DNA from: an uncultured bacterium
Lineage (GTDB): Bacteria; Acidobacteriota; HRBIN11; JAKEFK01
Reading direction: 5' to 3'
Length of the DNA: 64,000 bases
Assembly (NCBI GenBank): GCA_963771165.1
Contig: CAVYSN010000022.1
Span: 40,305 to 104,304 of the forward strand
Shown here: positions 10,965-20,534 of the stretch, in pieces
How the letters are laid out: every line of letters begins with the position of its first letter
Numbering within the stretch: the stretch's first letter is position 1
Made by a program: the position numbers and the translations under genes
The notes under the pieces: model-generated
What the model was told of the DNA's origin: nothing
The model's input: the letters and a program-made list of their open reading frames with translations, nothing else
Database searches by the model: none

Positions 10965-12357
10965 AGCCGGTCAAACATTGAAACGCTCTCCTCTCGCAAC
11001 GGCAGGGGCAATCCTCTTGATTCTGTTTTATGGAGCAGCTCTCTTCGCCAACTTTCTGGGCCCTTATTCCGCTGATTCGGAATTTCGAGATCATTTCTTT
11101 CATCCCCCAAGCGTCATTCATTTTCGAAATGCTGACGGACAATTCGTTACTCCGTATGTTGCACAGACCTATCTCGTGGATTCGCGAAAACATCTCTTCC
11201 AGGAAGGGAGCCCTCTGTGGGTTGGACGTGTGCGGCATGAAATGAACAAAAATCCTTACATCGCCGAGTCGATTGAAACGGAAGAGCCGTTTGCAATCAT
11301 CAAGAATTCGCGTAACGAAATTCTAAGAACAATCATGACTGCAAAGGAAACGGGAGAGAATACCGGTCTTTTTGCCGGTTTTACCACAATCGACCCAAAC
11401 CGCACCGGAAAAGAATTTGTTGTAGAGAGCGACGGTAAAAAAAGGGCGTTCGTTTTCCACAATGATCAATACGTTGCACCATCAGATCATTCTGAAATCC
11501 TCCTGCTGAACCGATCGGGAGGAACAATAACTTTTTATAAACCTTCAGCGGAGATGTTTAAGCTCCGATTGTTCACGCGCGGAGCAAACTACAAATTATT
11601 CGGGATCTTTGAGACGGATATTCATCTGATTGGTGTGGATCTACCCGGCCATCTGTTTCTCATGGGAACAGATCAAGCGGGACGTGATATTTTTTCACGG
11701 GTCCTGGAAGGCTCTCGAGTTTCGCTGACGGTCGGACTGATCGGCGTTCTGATCAGCACAATCCTTGGCATGTGGATCGGAGCGATCGCAGGATATTTTG
11801 GAGGCAGAACAGACTCATGGCTCATGCGAGGCGCCGATGTAGTGCTGTCGATCCCGGCTCTGTATTTCATTCTTTCGGTGCGCAATGCCTTTCCAGTGGA
11901 CCTTGCATCGGAAGTCACCTTTGCGCTGGTGATTGTTGTGTTGAGCCTGACCGGTTGGGCAGCTATGGCGCGTGTGATCCGCGGAATGGTGCTTTCCCTG
12001 CGCGAACAGGAATATGTTCTGGCTGCGCGCTCTCTTGGTGCGAGTTCCGGTCGAATCCTGCTGCGGCACATTCTCCCGAATACGCTGGGGTATGTGATCG
12101 TGCGCGCAACTTTGCTGATTCCGGCTTACATTCTCGCGGAAGTGACTCTCAGTTATCTTGGCATCGGCATTCAAGAACCCGCGGCAAGCTGGGGAAATAT
12201 GCTGAGCGCCGCTCAGGAATTGCGAGTGCTGGAGCAGTTTACCTGGATCCTGGCTCCTGGAGTTTTTCTATTTCTGACGGTGCTCGGTTTTAATTTTCTT
12301 GGCGATGGCCTGCAGGATCTTCAAGCGGTACGCGAGACACAAACGCATAACGGTTGA
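10957..12357 (+). CDS. Peptide/nickel ABC transporter permease (OppC/DppC family) with enlarged extracytoplasmic insert
   Basis: MGTDQAGRDIFSR, EYVLAARSLGAS, H.LPN, FNFLGDGL. Confidence 0.92.
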   Translation: MSKAGQTLKRSPLATAGAILLILFYGAALFANFLGPYSADSEFRDHFFHPPSVIHFRNADGQFVTPYVAQTYLVDSRKHLFQEGSPLWVGRVRHEMNKNPYIAESIETEEPFAIIKNSRNEILRTIMTAKETGENTGLFAGFTTIDPNRTGKEFVVESDGKKRAFVFHNDQYVAPSDHSEILLLNRSGGTITFYKPSAEMFKLRLFTRGANYKLFGIFETDIHLIGVDLPGHLFLMGTDQAGRDIFSRVLEGSRVSLTVGLIGVLISTILGMWIGAIAGYFGGRTDSWLMRGADVVLSIPALYFILSVRNAFPVDLASEVTFALVIVVLSLTGWAAMARVIRGMVLSLREQEYVLAARSLGASSGRILLRHILPNTLGYVIVRATLLIPAYILAEVTLSYLGIGIQEPAASWGNMLSAAQELRVLEQFTWILAPGVFLFLTVLGFNFLGDGLQDLQAVRETQTHNG

Positions 12358-13114
12358 GTGAAAAATAGAAGTGTCCGGAAGCGTCTTTGGCCTGAAGATC
12401 CTTGATCCATTCCTCTATCGCAGCTGCAGACATTTTTTCGGATCGGACCAGGTAGTCTGTAATCAGGTTTGTCAGTTGAAAACTGTAGCTGTCGCCCGCG
12501 AACGAATTTTCTGTAATATGAAAGATCTCACCATCGATTTGATTCAGTCCGGCGCGGATCAGAAATTCACGAAGTTTCCGCCCTTCCCATCCGTCCGCTT
12601 CATGATCGGACCACAACAAAGCAATCTCTCGCGTTCGATCTTTCAAATTGCTGTTCCAGACGATTGTGTCCCAATCTGTATCAGCCACGAATAATTTGCC
12701 GCCTGGTTTGATTACCCGCATTGTTTCGCGAAGCATTCCAATTGGATCCCTGGAATATTCCAGAACTTGAATGATCATAGCGGCGTCAAAACTTTTGTCA
12801 TCGTATGGAAGATTATGAGCATCTCCCGCTTCGTATTGAATGATGTTCTTGTAAGGAGAATTCTGAAGCTGATGTCTCGCGATCGCCAGCATCGGTTCGC
12901 TGTCGTCGATACCGTTGATCCGGCATCGCCCGTTCAAGAATTCCGCGAGCGCTACTGCGTTCGCTCCGGTTCCGCAGCCTAAATCCAGCACACTCTCGCC
13001 CGGTTGTAAATCGAATAGTGCAAAGTATTTTTGACGAAGCTTGCGGAGCTCTTCTGTTTGGAAAAGGCGTTTTAGCTGTGACGCAACGTTTTCATCGAAT
13101 TCAAAGCCAGTCAT
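12290..13114 (-). CDS. Class I SAM-dependent methyltransferase
   Basis: VLDLGCGTG, GDA..LPY.D.SFD, KPGG, DTDW. Confidence 0.9.
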   Translation of the reverse strand: MTGFEFDENVASQLKRLFQTEELRKLRQKYFALFDLQPGESVLDLGCGTGANAVALAEFLNGRCRINGIDDSEPMLAIARHQLQNSPYKNIIQYEAGDAHNLPYDDKSFDAAMIIQVLEYSRDPIGMLRETMRVIKPGGKLFVADTDWDTIVWNSNLKDRTREIALLWSDHEADGWEGRKLREFLIRAGLNQIDGEIFHITENSFAGDSYSFQLTNLITDYLVRSEKMSAAAIEEWIKDLQAKDASGHFYFSLNRYAFVSRVPLEDPAGHRQEN

Positions 13115-14559
13115 TCAGTCTTGAACTTGTATTCACTCAATTTGTCGATCGACTGATAGTTGGGAAGCGTAAAAATGAATTTGCTGCCCCGGCCAAGCTG
13201 GCTTTCAACCCAGATCCTTCCGCCGTGGGCCTGAACAATTCCGCGGCAAATACTCAAACCAAGTCCGGTTCCCGGTTCTTTCAACTTTGACGCGCCTGCC
13301 GTTCTGAAGAATTCATCAAAAACCTTATCCCGATCCTCGTCCGCTATTCCGATTCCCGTGTCCTTCACAGTGACCTGCGCAAAGCTTGCTACAAATGTTT
13401 CCCCTTGAACTTCCAAAGCAGGAATTTCATCGGCATGCACCTGTATCGTACCTTTTTCATGAGTGTATTTGATCGCATTATCGAGAAGATTTAGTGCAAG
13501 TTGAAAGACCTTATCCGAATCGAGACTCATTAGAATCGGTCGTTTCGCAAAAACGAGCAGTAGTTGTTGCTGTTTTGCCTGGGCGCGGGGTTTTATTGTT
13601 TCGGCAGCCTTATCGATTATCGCCGTCAGATCGCATTGTGTCTTATGGATCTGCTGTTGTCCGGACTTAACCCGTGAGAGATCCAGGAGTTCTGTCACAA
13701 GGCGGGCCAGGCGTACGGCTTCATCATGGATAATTGACGCATGGCCTGTGACCTGGTCCTGAGAAGTCACCTTTCCTCCTTTGAGTCGTTCCGAGTATCC
13801 CTGAATCACAGTCAAAGGTGTACGGAATTCGTGGGCCATCATGTTGATGAAATCTGATTTCTTGCGGTCCAGAGCTCGCAGTTCCTGATTCTCACGTTCG
13901 ATCTTTTCCTTTTGAAGAGCCTCTTCATACAATCTGGATTTCGAAATCGCACGCGACGCGTGCTCCGCTAAGGCCTCAAACGTGATCAGGTCTTCTTCTG
14001 TAAAAGTGCGCATAACGAAACGGCTGTCCACATAGATAATGCCGGTAACGACCTTGTCTTCTTTCAGGGGCACGCAGAGAATCGTTCGCAGGTCGAGATT
14101 GGTAACGCTATCGGACGTTTTCAAACGCTGTTCAGCCTGAGCATCGCGCACCCATGCAGGTTGTCCGCTTTCTGCAACGCGATTTGCAACAGTCATGCTG
14201 ATTTTGAAATTTTCCTGTCCCAGATCTTTTTTCGCAGCCGACCTGGCAACCCGAAACTCCATGGTGGCCTTTTTGTGAGGATGAGGCGTGATTACAGGAT
14301 CGTAAAGTCTGTGATCGAGCTTGATTGGGTTCTCCAACAGCATAAGAAATCCCCGTTCGGCCCCGGTGATTTCAACAGCAGAGTCCACAACTCGTGTCAA
14401 CAATGACTGCATGTCAGTGGTGGAGTTCAAGTCTTTCAGAAGATCCAGCAGGATGTTCAGCCGCCTTAATTCCTTTGCCTCTTCGCTTAAAGCTGCAAAG
14501 TCACCAGGAAAGGTCTGCGGATGTAACGTCTCTTTTTCTTTGTCTTTTTTGCTGAACAT
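13111..14559 (-). CDS. GAF-domain sensor histidine kinase (cytoplasmic)
   Basis: GAF (AERGFLML, CVPL, IYVD), H-box HEFRTPL, NAIKY, DTGIGI, GTGLGL. Confidence 0.95.
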   Translation of the reverse strand: MFSKKDKEKETLHPQTFPGDFAALSEEAKELRRLNILLDLLKDLNSTTDMQSLLTRVVDSAVEITGAERGFLMLLENPIKLDHRLYDPVITPHPHKKATMEFRVARSAAKKDLGQENFKISMTVANRVAESGQPAWVRDAQAEQRLKTSDSVTNLDLRTILCVPLKEDKVVTGIIYVDSRFVMRTFTEEDLITFEALAEHASRAISKSRLYEEALQKEKIERENQELRALDRKKSDFINMMAHEFRTPLTVIQGYSERLKGGKVTSQDQVTGHASIIHDEAVRLARLVTELLDLSRVKSGQQQIHKTQCDLTAIIDKAAETIKPRAQAKQQQLLLVFAKRPILMSLDSDKVFQLALNLLDNAIKYTHEKGTIQVHADEIPALEVQGETFVASFAQVTVKDTGIGIADEDRDKVFDEFFRTAGASKLKEPGTGLGLSICRGIVQAHGGRIWVESQLGRGSKFIFTLPNYQSIDKLSEYKFKTE

Positions 14560-14737
14560 GGCTTTTAAAACGAGGGATTATGATAACTCAAACAGCGAAC
14601 ATCATGCAAAAATTGTAGTGGTAGAGCACTTTCAGTAGCAGCGAAAGTATCTTGTAGTGGGCCACGGTCTGACCTGATTTGAAGTCCGATGAGTCGACTA
14701 ACATGCGGGCCACTGCATGATAATTAGGAGCTTTTTT

Positions 14738-15487
14738 TCAAGCGCCCTTTTCGGTCGCATCAATTGTCATTTTCTCACAATTTTCACTTCGCGGAATGAA
14801 AATTGGACAAAGCCGTTTGCTCCAATTTCTGGAAAGTGTGATCTTCAATACAAGATCCAGCACGAGCCCCACCAATCCGGGAATGAACAAGGAGAAATTG
14901 AGTTTCCACGGGACCGGGATAATCAACCAGAGCGCCGGTGTGCCGGCTGCGATACCAAGATATAAGAAAGCGATTACCCGAATGACGCTCCACGGATTCC
15001 AACCCATCCAAAGAGCCTTGCCCGGATGGGAGCTTCGTCTCGCAAGAGAAGCTACGTAGAAGTTCATGTAATTCAATAAGGCGGAACCAAGTATAAGAGC
15101 CAGAAAGTTCGCGCTAAAAAGCGCCAGAACACAATATATAAGAGTTTGTTTTAGATGAAAGAAAAACACGTGTCCTGCCGACCCCTCAGGCAGATCACCT
15201 GTCTCGATCCAACGAAACATGTTTTCTGTGTACTCTCTGCCACGCCAGATGACGGAAACCATTTGGTCCGGCCGTTTTAACGAAAGACGGAAGATTGTAA
15301 TCGAAAGCACGATCGTCCACCAAAGGAGAATCAAGAATCCGCGAAGGAGAGAGTATTGTGCTTCCAGTAGAAATGGAAAATATCCGGCGATTGCCGTCAA
15401 TACAGGTAATGCGAGGCGTGAACCGATCCATCGAGACAAAAAAACTGCGGTTGGTGTGAGGAAAAGCACCATCCAGTATGAGATCAT
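14738..15487 (-). CDS. Hypothetical polytopic membrane protein
   Basis: Multiple hydrophobic segments; start set at 15487 to avoid overlap with pfkA. Confidence 0.65.
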   Translation of the reverse strand: MISYWMVLFLTPTAVFLSRWIGSRLALPVLTAIAGYFPFLLEAQYSLLRGFLILLWWTIVLSITIFRLSLKRPDQMVSVIWRGREYTENMFRWIETGDLPEGSAGHVFFFHLKQTLIYCVLALFSANFLALILGSALLNYMNFYVASLARRSSHPGKALWMGWNPWSVIRVIAFLYLGIAAGTPALWLIIPVPWKLNFSLFIPGLVGLVLDLVLKITLSRNWSKRLCPIFIPRSENCEKMTIDATEKGA

Positions 15488-15500
15488 TATAATAAAGTAC
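15488..15500. promoter_or_regulatory. Candidate bidirectional leaderless promoter
   Basis: 13-bp spacer TATAATAAAGTAC between divergent ATGs: TATAAT 7 nt before + ATG, TACTTT 6 nt before - ATG. Confidence 0.55.
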
Positions 15501-16586
15501 ATGAAAATCGGACTTTTAACAGGAGGTGGAGATAGTCCGGGATTGAACGCTGTGATTCGTGCTGTGGTGAGAACCGCCACGATGCATTACGGTTTTTATG
15601 TAATGGGAATCGAAGATGGCTACGAAGGATTGCTGTCTCCGATGAAGGTTCGCCCCTTGAGTCTGGAGGATGTCAAAGGAATTTTACAAATCGGGGGAAC
15701 GATACTAGGCACCAGCAACAGGGGTAATCCTTTCGCATTTCGGGTTAGAAATCAGCAGGGTGAAATAGAAGTTCGTGATCGTTCCGAAGAATTATTTGAG
15801 AATTACAGACGTTTACGGCTGGATGGATTGATCGTTGTAGGCGGAGACGGAAGTCTAAAACTTGCAAATATTTTGATGGAAAAAGGAATTCCTGTCGTTG
15901 GTGTGCCGAAAACAATTGACAACGACATATCCGAAACCGAATACACCTTCGGTTTTGATACTGCAGTTGCCACTGCGACCGAAGCCCTTGATAAACTTCA
16001 CACAACCGCTGAAAGCCATCATCGCGTGATGTATTTGGAAGTGATGGGACGCAACTCCGGCTGGATTGCGGTTTCCGCAGGACTTGCCGGCGGAGCGGAT
16101 GTTATTTTGATCCCTGAAATTCCTTTTCGAATGGACCGGATTTGCGAAAAGATACAGGAACGGATGGCGATGGGAAGAAATTTTAGCATCGTTATTGTGG
16201 CGGAAGGCGCTAGGCCTGTGGGTGGCACGCAGGTGTATGCAGAAAAACCGGAGAAGAGTCTGGGAAGCGGACGTCTTGGCGGGGTAGCGGAACAGGTTTG
16301 CGGGGAAGTGGCCGGTTTGATTCAGCAGGAATCGCGTGTTACTGTTCTTGGTCATTTGCAAAGGGGCGGAAGTCCAACTCCCTTTGACCGTGGGCTGGCA
16401 ACACGATTCGGGTCTACTGCTGCACATTTTGTGGCAGAAAAAAAATTCGGAATGATGTGCGCGTTGCAATGCAATGAAATCGTTGCCGTCCCGATCCCAC
16501 ATGCAATCCGCAAAGCCAAAACCGTGCCACCGGACGGTGAGCTTGTCAGGATTACGCGTTCACTCGGCATCTCCTTTGGCGATTAG
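15501..16586 (+). CDS. pfkA: 6-phosphofructokinase (group III type, ATP/PPi)
   Basis: TGGGD.PGLN, GGDGS, PKTIDND, EVMGR, LGHLQRGG; true start MKIGLL at 15501. Confidence 0.95.
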   Translation: MKIGLLTGGGDSPGLNAVIRAVVRTATMHYGFYVMGIEDGYEGLLSPMKVRPLSLEDVKGILQIGGTILGTSNRGNPFAFRVRNQQGEIEVRDRSEELFENYRRLRLDGLIVVGGDGSLKLANILMEKGIPVVGVPKTIDNDISETEYTFGFDTAVATATEALDKLHTTAESHHRVMYLEVMGRNSGWIAVSAGLAGGADVILIPEIPFRMDRICEKIQERMAMGRNFSIVIVAEGARPVGGTQVYAEKPEKSLGSGRLGGVAEQVCGEVAGLIQQESRVTVLGHLQRGGSPTPFDRGLATRFGSTAAHFVAEKKFGMMCALQCNEIVAVPIPHAIRKAKTVPPDGELVRITRSLGISFGD

Positions 16587-16784
16587 CTCTTCAACGCAAA
16601 GACGCAAAGGAAAAACACTTTTTATACTTCGCGACAAGGCGTCTTTGCGTTAATGAGCTTCTTCGCTTATATAAATACCCCGTTGGCGAAGGAGCAAGAC
16701 GCATGCCCGGCTAGTCCGCCCCTGTACCGAGGCTGCTTTCAGGAAAAGTGTCTTACGAGCGTTACGAGAACGCGAATGAATGTC

Positions 16785-17981
16785 TCAGGCTTGTGACAGG
16801 ATCGGCCTCGGCTCTCTAATCCGCAAAAGCAGGAAGGTTGAAACCAAACCTGTAGCAAACATGAAAATCCACATGGGAGCTGATCCGAATTCTTCCATCA
16901 AAAAGGTACCAAGCCATGGTCCAACCGTAAAGGCAATGCTAAAAGCCATTGTATAGAATCCCATGTATTGACCCTGCCGGTTCGGTGGTGCAATTTCAGC
17001 AACGTAAGCGGAGCATCCGGGAAGGAAAATCATTTCGCCGAAAGTCCATATGATGACGGTTGCAAGGACTGACCACCAGTCGCGTGCCAATGCCATACTC
17101 CCGAATCCAAGACCAATTAGAAAGCATCCGATCGACAGCGCTCGCCGAAAACTCCAATGGGATGTGTAGAAATTTAATGGCACCTCAAATAAAATCACCA
17201 GAATCGTATTGAACGTGAAAGACAATCCAAAAGCTGATTCCGATAATTTTAAATCACGCACCATGTAGAGGGGCATCGTTGAAATATGCTGAAAAAAAGT
17301 GATCAGAACGGGCAGTAAAGCGATCAAAAAATAAACAAACGCACGGTCACTCCATGCAGGAGCAGAAATCGCGGGGACATAATCCTTCAATTCCCGGTCC
17401 GCCTTTTTCGGGTTGCTTACACGCAGAGCGACGACCGCGATGATGCCCCCCGCTAAAGAGGTTAAACCATCAACCAGAAAAATGTAAAAAAACGAAACCT
17501 CCGCTAAAAACCCACCCAGAGCAGGTCCCACACTCATACCGATATTCACGGCTTGCCGGAAGAATGCAAAAGCGGTTTTTCTTTGTTCCGGCGCAACCGT
17601 TGATGTCACCAGTGTTGCGCTTGCGGGCCGAAACATCTCGGATGTTATAGCCAGCAAAAGAGTCATTACGATGACGCCACCAAGAGTTGTGACAAGTGGA
17701 AAAGCACAAAGGCAAATGCTGGAAAGAAAGAGTGAAAGCTTCAGGATACTGGCAGCGCCGAAGCGATCGCAAAGCATTCCGGAGAGGGGAGCTGTGATCA
17801 TTGCTCCGATTCCGTAGAGCGCTATGATGAATCCGGCTTGTGAAACGCTGAAATGAAGCTCACGTGTAAGGTACAACACCATAAACGGCAGCACCATTGT
17901 GCCGAGACGGTTGATCAGAGTTGTGATGAAAAGGACCCACAAGTCGCGCGGAAGTCCTCGCATCTGTGACCAGAATTTCAT
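16785..17981 (-). CDS. MFS transporter
   Basis: About 12 TM segments, G.L.DRFG motif A, 398 aa. Confidence 0.92.
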   Translation of the reverse strand: MKFWSQMRGLPRDLWVLFITTLINRLGTMVLPFMVLYLTRELHFSVSQAGFIIALYGIGAMITAPLSGMLCDRFGAASILKLSLFLSSICLCAFPLVTTLGGVIVMTLLLAITSEMFRPASATLVTSTVAPEQRKTAFAFFRQAVNIGMSVGPALGGFLAEVSFFYIFLVDGLTSLAGGIIAVVALRVSNPKKADRELKDYVPAISAPAWSDRAFVYFLIALLPVLITFFQHISTMPLYMVRDLKLSESAFGLSFTFNTILVILFEVPLNFYTSHWSFRRALSIGCFLIGLGFGSMALARDWWSVLATVIIWTFGEMIFLPGCSAYVAEIAPPNRQGQYMGFYTMAFSIAFTVGPWLGTFLMEEFGSAPMWIFMFATGLVSTFLLLRIREPRPILSQA

Positions 17982-18017
17982 GCGGGTTCGATTTTACCGC
18001 AGAGTACGCGGAGTTAT

Positions 18018-18074
18018 GTAGCGACGCAATTCATTGCGCTCATAAGATGCGGGCGCGATGAATCGCGCCCCTAC
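18018..18074. repeat. GTAG-type REP inverted pair
   Basis: GTAGCGACGCAATTCATTGCG...GGGCGCGATGAATCGCGCCCCTAC. Confidence 0.8.
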
Positions 18075-18087
18075 TTGGCGGTTAAAT

Positions 18088-20268
18088 TTAATCTGTTAGG
18101 AGGAAATCGATTTCGCGTTTATCGCGATCCACTCGTACAACCTGAACCTTCACCGGATCACCGAGCCGATAAACTTTTCCAGTTCGTTTCCCTTTAAAGA
18201 AATGCCTTTTATCGTGGTAAACGTAGTGATCATCATCCATGTATTTCAGCGGAATCAGGCCGTCAATAAAATAATCCTTTAATTCTACGAACATCCCGTA
18301 AGGCGCGATACCTGAAATATAACCTTCGTACACATCTCCCAGCTTGTCCTTCATGAACTCGACTTTCTTTAGCTGAAGGAACTCTCGTTCTGCCTCATCG
18401 GCGCGGCGTTCTGTGATCGAACAATGTTCTGAAATCTCAGGAATTGCCTGTCCGATTTTCTGTATCCGCTGCATGGCAGGTTTTTTGTTCGTCACAATCG
18501 CTTTTAAGATGCGATGAACAATCAGGTCGGGATATCTTCGGATGGGTGATGTGAAATGTGTATAGCTATCAAGGGCAAGACCAAAATGACCGAGGTTTTG
18601 CGCATCGTAACGCGCACGCGCCATGCTTCGCAATAACAATACGTTGACAAATCTTTCCTCGGGCTTTCCTTCCACTCTGCTAAGCAATCTCTGAAGATCT
18701 TTCGGCTGAATCTTTTTTGGGTCGGTTGGCAGCTGATAACCCAGGGATGCAGCGATCGCGGCGAAGTCCATAATTTTTTCCGCAGGTGGCAGCTCATGAA
18801 CACGATAGATCGATGGAAACTTGCTTTTGCTGATATGAGTGGCCACCACCTCATTGGTCAACAGCATGAATTCTTCAATGATGCGATGAGCAATATTGCG
18901 CTCCGCTTTAACAACACCCGTCATCCGCCCTGTTGTTAAATCAATAATGATTTCCGGCTCGGGTAAATCGAAATCGATGCTTCCCCTTTTCCGGCGATTC
19001 TGCATGAGAAGCAGGGCGAGTGTTTTCATAGAAAAAAACATGTCCAGAATTGGTTCATAACGACGAAGCAACTCGGGATCATGATCTTCAACGATTCCTT
19101 TTACGGCGGAATATGTCATGCGTTCGTTACTATTAATCACGCTTGGATATATGTGATAGTCGATCAGATCGCCATTGCTGTCGATCCGCATGACGACCGA
19201 CATTGTCAGGCGATCGACTTGCGGATTCAGGCTACAGATTTCATTCGAGAGCTTCTCCGGTAGCATTGGAATGACAACATCGGGGAAATAGACGGAGTTC
19301 CCCCGATCGAGCGCCTCCTCATCAAGCGCGGAATGTTCGCGCACGTAATGAGCCACATCTGCGATATGAACACCCAGCAAAAAATTCCCGTTCTTAAATG
19401 CAGTGAGACTGATGGCGTCATCAAAATCCCGTGCTTTCTGGCCATCGATAGTCACAGTATCCCACTGGCGAAAATCTTTTCGCCCTTCGTAATCTTCTTT
19501 ACGGACTGCTGCTACTTCTTCAGCCTCTTGAATCACAGGAACGGCAAATTCGCGGGGCAACCGGTATTTGCTGATAATGATTTTTGCATCCAGATCCGGC
19601 TCGCCTTGAAATCCGAGCAATGAAACAATCCGGGCTTCCGGCGGCGAAGTATCTGGAATCAATTCTGCCTCCACCATCATTCCATCCGTGGCGCCGTTGA
19701 AATTCCTGGTGCTGACAATGGGTGAAAGCTGCAGCTTCTTGTCCCAGGGAATCACCCGCCCGTAGCTTCGGCCGGTTTCAAAAATGCCAACCAGATTTTT
19801 CGTTTTGCGGTCAAGGATCTGAACGACCTGACCTTCGGCTTTTCGCTGCCCCTGCGGCTTGACGATTCGGACCAGAACACGGTCGCCATGCAGTGCGCCC
19901 CCCATTCCACCGGGGGGAATGAAAACATCTTCCTTGTTCTTATCGGTCGGTAAAACGAATGCAAAACCGCCGCGGTATTGTTGCATCGTCCCTTCCAAAC
20001 GGGTTTCTTCCGCTCTGTGAGGTCTTGCTTCCTTTTTTCTGGATGGCTTTTTCTCCGATCGCCGTAATTGAAACAGGCCTTCCTGGACCTGCTTTACCTG
20101 ACCCTTGTTGGAAAGCTGTCTCAAAAAACGGCGGAAATCCTTGAAATCCTTTTTTTTAACTCGAAGCCGTTTGGCCAGCTGTTTGGAGCTGTAAGGCGCA
20201 TTGGGATGCGCAGATAGAAACTGAATCACCTGCTCTTCGAGTGGGTTCTGATCTGATTTTTTCTTCAT
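18088..20268 (-). CDS. rnr: Ribonuclease R
   Basis: TIDG..ARDFDDA, HFTSPIRRYPD, C-terminal S1 domain. Confidence 0.97.
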   Translation of the reverse strand: MKKKSDQNPLEEQVIQFLSAHPNAPYSSKQLAKRLRVKKKDFKDFRRFLRQLSNKGQVKQVQEGLFQLRRSEKKPSRKKEARPHRAEETRLEGTMQQYRGGFAFVLPTDKNKEDVFIPPGGMGGALHGDRVLVRIVKPQGQRKAEGQVVQILDRKTKNLVGIFETGRSYGRVIPWDKKLQLSPIVSTRNFNGATDGMMVEAELIPDTSPPEARIVSLLGFQGEPDLDAKIIISKYRLPREFAVPVIQEAEEVAAVRKEDYEGRKDFRQWDTVTIDGQKARDFDDAISLTAFKNGNFLLGVHIADVAHYVREHSALDEEALDRGNSVYFPDVVIPMLPEKLSNEICSLNPQVDRLTMSVVMRIDSNGDLIDYHIYPSVINSNERMTYSAVKGIVEDHDPELLRRYEPILDMFFSMKTLALLLMQNRRKRGSIDFDLPEPEIIIDLTTGRMTGVVKAERNIAHRIIEEFMLLTNEVVATHISKSKFPSIYRVHELPPAEKIMDFAAIAASLGYQLPTDPKKIQPKDLQRLLSRVEGKPEERFVNVLLLRSMARARYDAQNLGHFGLALDSYTHFTSPIRRYPDLIVHRILKAIVTNKKPAMQRIQKIGQAIPEISEHCSITERRADEAEREFLQLKKVEFMKDKLGDVYEGYISGIAPYGMFVELKDYFIDGLIPLKYMDDDHYVYHDKRHFFKGKRTGKVYRLGDPVKVQVVRVDRDKREIDFLLTD

Positions 20269-20376
20269 ATCTCAAACTTTCAACTGAATGCAATTTAACG
20301 CAAAGAACCCGGGATGCAAAGTAAAAATGATTTTTCTTTGCGCTTTTTCATTACTGTTGGTCAACTCTTTGTTTTT

Positions 20377-20520
20377 TGTGTAAGAAAGGAGATGCAGAGG
20401 TATTTGAGATAAGGGGATGTTTCCAGTCAAAAATCAAAAGAGCTAATCTCCTGATCCCCATAATCTTCTTGATCCCCTTTCTTACAATTGCGGCTTTGAC
20501 GCTTTGCGTCTTTGCGTTAA
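20377..20520. repeat. ~145-bp dispersed hairpin element, copy 1
   Basis: Aligns by eye with 36192-36336. Confidence 0.75.
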
Positions 20521-20534
20521 ATTACAAGTTCACC

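Noticed and set aside
14650-14720. GGACTTCAAATC on the minus strand resembling the tRNA-Sec anticodon loop
   Set aside because: No T-arm GTTCGA, acceptor stem or CCA; the region looks like a degenerate GTAG-type hairpin
15219-15500. N-terminal 94-aa extension of pfkA in the ORF track
   Set aside because: Antisense to the membrane-protein gene; the Pfk domain starts at MKIGLL (15501)
15855-16502. Long antisense ORFs (also 57942-58529, 11772-12293 in an alternative frame, and others)
   Set aside because: Shadows of well-supported genes with no recognisable motifs
20376-20534. Hydrophobic N-terminal extension of zinc-ribbon protein 1
   Set aside because: Translates the dispersed hairpin repeat also found at 36192-36336
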